A stretch of DNA of 64,000 nucleotides from Pseudomonadota bacterium (GTDB lineage: Bacteria; Pseudomonadota; Gammaproteobacteria; Steroidobacterales; Steroidobacteraceae), in the NCBI GenBank assembly GCA_039931065.1, contig JBDTSP010000006.1, positions 126,161 through 190,160 on the forward strand, in the 5' to 3' direction. The position numbers and the translations under genes are program-made. Each line of letters opens with the position of its first letter. Within the stretch, counting starts at the first letter, position 1. This document shows positions 61,788 through 64,000 of the stretch, piece after piece. Below the pieces are notes generated by a model. The model searched no databases and was not told the origin of the DNA. It saw only the letters and a program-made list of their open reading frames with translations.

Positions 61788-64000
61788 TTACCGGGTCGCG
61801 AGTTCCTGCAACAGGCGTCGCGCATCCGCTTGCGCTGTGGACGCATCACTGCTCTCGGCCAGCGTCTTGAGCAGCGGTTTCGCGGCATTCACGTTGCCGC
61901 TGCGGGCCAGGGCCGCGGCGTAGTGAAATTTCACGTCCGGGCCGGCCGTCGCCTGCACCTTCTCGATGATCTTGAGACCGTCGGCAACCTTGCCGCGTTC
62001 CACCAGGATCCATCCGTAGGTGTCTGCCACCGCCGCATTCGTGGGGCTCAGCTGAAATGCCTTCGCGGCGGTACTTTCGGCGCGCGCGTCGTTGGCCTCG
62101 TAGTAGAGCCACGCGAGGTTGTTGAGGATCACCGCGTTGGGGGTCGCGTTGTCGACCAGAAACTCGTATTTGGCCTGGGCGCGGCGGCTCTGGCCGCCAT
62201 TCATGTAGGCCTCGGCGAGCACGGCCTGCACCGGGAAATCGTCCGGCTTCTTCGCCACCCAGCTTTCGAGCGGTGCTGCTGCATCGCGCAAGTTTCCGTT
62301 CCGCCGTGCCTGGTACGCGCGAACGCTGATCGCTGCGCTCGGACGCATCGACATCGCGGCATCGAAAGCGCGGCTCGCCGCTTCGAAATCATGGTTGGCG
62401 GCATAGAAATCGCCTTCGAGCGCCAGCAGCGACGGATCGTCCGGGTGCGCCTTGCGCATCTCGGCGATCCGCTGCGCGCCGGCCGCGGGTTTGCCGTCGC
62501 GAACATCGAGCATCGCGAGCGATGCGATGACCATGACCGAGTCCGGACGGACCGCGTGCGCCTTCTCGAGCGACTCACGCGCCAGCGAGCGCCGATCGAG
62601 CGCGAGCTGCGCGCGCGCCTGGTTCAGCCAGTACTGTGCATTCGTGCCATCGATATCGATTGCCCGCTTGAATCGCGCCGCCGCTTCGTCGTAACGCGCC
62701 GAGTCGAGATACAGAAGGCCGATCGCGTTGGCGACGGCGGCATTTCCCGGCGTCAGCTTTTCGAGCTCAGTGATCACACCGGCGGCATCGTCTACGCGCT
62801 GATCGAGCATGTAGATACGCGCCAGAGCCAGGCGCGGAGAGATAGCCTTCGGGTCCTGCTTGCGCAGCGGCTCGATCACCGTCGCGGCGCCCTTCAGGTC
62901 GTTGGCCTGCAAAGAGAGCTGCGCGAGACCCATCCGTGCCGGCAAATTGTCGGGATGATCGGTCAGGATTCCCTGCAGACGCGCGGCGGCGGTCGCCGCA
63001 TCGCCGGCCGCGCTCTCGATACGCGCCGAATTCAACAACGTGTCCACGTCGCCCGGCTGCACCGCCAGCGCACGACCGAGCAGCACCCGCGCCCGCTCGA
63101 ACTCGCTGCGCTGCGCGAGGAACAGACTCGCGGCGTTCAGCAGTGCGAGGTCCTTCGGATGCGCATCGAGCAGGCCCTTCAATTCGGCATCGCTCTTCTC
63201 GAGCCCGTCGGCCGCGGCCACGGCGGCGATCAACAATGCATCGCGTTGCGAGTCGCCGTCGACGTGCGGGATTTCGCGCAACAGGAGCACGGCCTTGCGA
63301 AACGCCTGCGCCCGCAGATAGGTAGACGCCAGCTCGAGCTGTTTCTCGCGATTCGTACCCGCGCCGGACGCGTTGCGTTCGAGGAATGACAGCGCCTTGC
63401 CGGAGTCGCCGAGCTGCAGGTGCGCGAGCCCGATCAGTGAATTGACGTCGGCATCGGCCTCGCCCTGCAGCGGCGAAAGCAGCTCGAGCGCGGCGTCGGG
63501 CTGGCCCATGCGCAACCGCACCCGCGCCAGCAATTTGCGAGCCTCGAGGTTGTCAGGCGCCAGTTGCACGACACGCGTGAGATGCGACTCGGCCTGGTTC
63601 AGGTTGCCCTGCGCGATCAGGGAGGCGCCGAGCAGGAACCGCGCCGGAATGAAATCGGGCATGCCGGCGACCACGCGTTGCAATCCCGCGGTGGCGCTCG
63701 CGTAGTCCTGCGCGGCCATGGCGACCCTCGCGCCGAGCAGCAACGTGATTGGCGCATTGGGCGCGAGTTGTGCGAGCGACTTCAGGCTGGTGCGGGCCCC
63801 ATCGACATCGCCGGCGGCGAGCTTCGATTCGGTGAGGATCGCGAGCAGGTTCGCCTGCTGGAAGATCGTCAGGTTCGCGCGCACGGCGAGCGCCGCTTGC
63901 AGCGTGGTGCCGGCATCGGCGAAGCGGCCTTGTGCCGCCAGGATCTCGCCCCGGCACAACAACGCCGCGGCATGGTCAGGGGAATCTGCCGGCACACCGT
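61788..64000 (-). CDS. prsT: PEP-CTERM system TPR-repeat protein PrsT; N-terminal part lies beyond the right window edge
   Basis: More than 730 aa of consecutive TPR repeats lie immediately upstream of the OPX/PCP genes. The family is about 900 aa, so the Met at 63995 is probably internal. Confidence 0.85.
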   Translation of the reverse strand, partial: GVPADSPDHAAALLCRGEILAAQGRFADAGTTLQAALAVRANLTIFQQANLLAILTESKLAAGDVDGARTSLKSLAQLAPNAPITLLLGARVAMAAQDYASATAGLQRVVAGMPDFIPARFLLGASLIAQGNLNQAESHLTRVVQLAPDNLEARKLLARVRLRMGQPDAALELLSPLQGEADADVNSLIGLAHLQLGDSGKALSFLERNASGAGTNREKQLELASTYLRAQAFRKAVLLLREIPHVDGDSQRDALLIAAVAAADGLEKSDAELKGLLDAHPKDLALLNAASLFLAQRSEFERARVLLGRALAVQPGDVDTLLNSARIESAAGDAATAAARLQGILTDHPDNLPARMGLAQLSLQANDLKGAATVIEPLRKQDPKAISPRLALARIYMLDQRVDDAAGVITELEKLTPGNAAVANAIGLLYLDSARYDEAAARFKRAIDIDGTNAQYWLNQARAQLALDRRSLARESLEKAHAVRPDSVMVIASLAMLDVRDGKPAAGAQRIAEMRKAHPDDPSLLALEGDFYAANHDFEAASRAFDAAMSMRPSAAISVRAYQARRNGNLRDAAAPLESWVAKKPDDFPVQAVLAEAYMNGGQSRRAQAKYEFLVDNATPNAVILNNLAWLYYEANDARAESTAAKAFQLSPTNAAVADTYGWILVERGKVADGLKIIEKVQATAGPDVKFHYAAALARSGNVNAAKPLLKTLAESSDASTAQADARRLLQELATR

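Overview
The window is a high-GC chromosomal segment from a proteobacterium, probably a gammaproteobacterium judging by SrkA and GlrK-QseG-GlrR. I saw no rRNA, tRNA, CRISPR or mobile element. All family assignments come from reading the translations and from memory of family hallmarks; nothing was searched. Many long ORFs in the track are antisense or off-frame shadows typical of high-GC DNA.

**Left ~9 kb: signalling and housekeeping.**
- An edge-truncated multi-PAS/GAF GGDEF-EAL protein that is missing from the ORF track.
- A lipoprotein, the SrkA kinase and GalE.
- A complete GlrK-QseG-GlrR (QseEGF-type) sigma-54 three-component system.

**Remaining ~55 kb: one large XrtA/PEP-CTERM-type exopolysaccharide super-locus.**
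- Two small PEP-CTERM sorting-signal proteins.
- The PEP-CTERM-locus polysaccharide deacetylase.
- An MFS plus membrane-anchored beta-propeller pair.
- A 2633-aa secreted modular protein (Big5-like Ig, DUF4082, DMFase-like domain, five tandem Ig repeats).
- A 9-gene plus-strand operon: two amino-sugar modules, a Wzm/Wzt ABC exporter and a GT2.
- A secreted beta-helix protein plus an unknown partner.
- A ~20 kb minus-strand block of glycosyltransferases and modification genes. It includes an exosortase-A-type AsnB amidotransferase, a Wzy/O-antigen-ligase-like protein, stp1/stp2-type GTs, an 858-aa uncharacterised protein, a Wzx flippase and a CelD-like GNAT.
- The core PrsT / OPX / PCP / tyrosine kinase / beta-barrel / FemAB genes at the right edge.

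**Most notable observations.**
- Four well-formed sigma-54 -24/-12 promoters lie in front of both PEP-CTERM genes, the deacetylase and the giant gene.
- Three of these share a 17-bp upstream motif, TGT[C/A]-N9-GAC[A/G], at an almost invariant distance (85.5-87.5 bp from the -12 GC). This looks like an enhancer-binding-protein regulon.
- xrtA itself, the locus ATPase, the priming transferase and prsK/prsR are not in the window.
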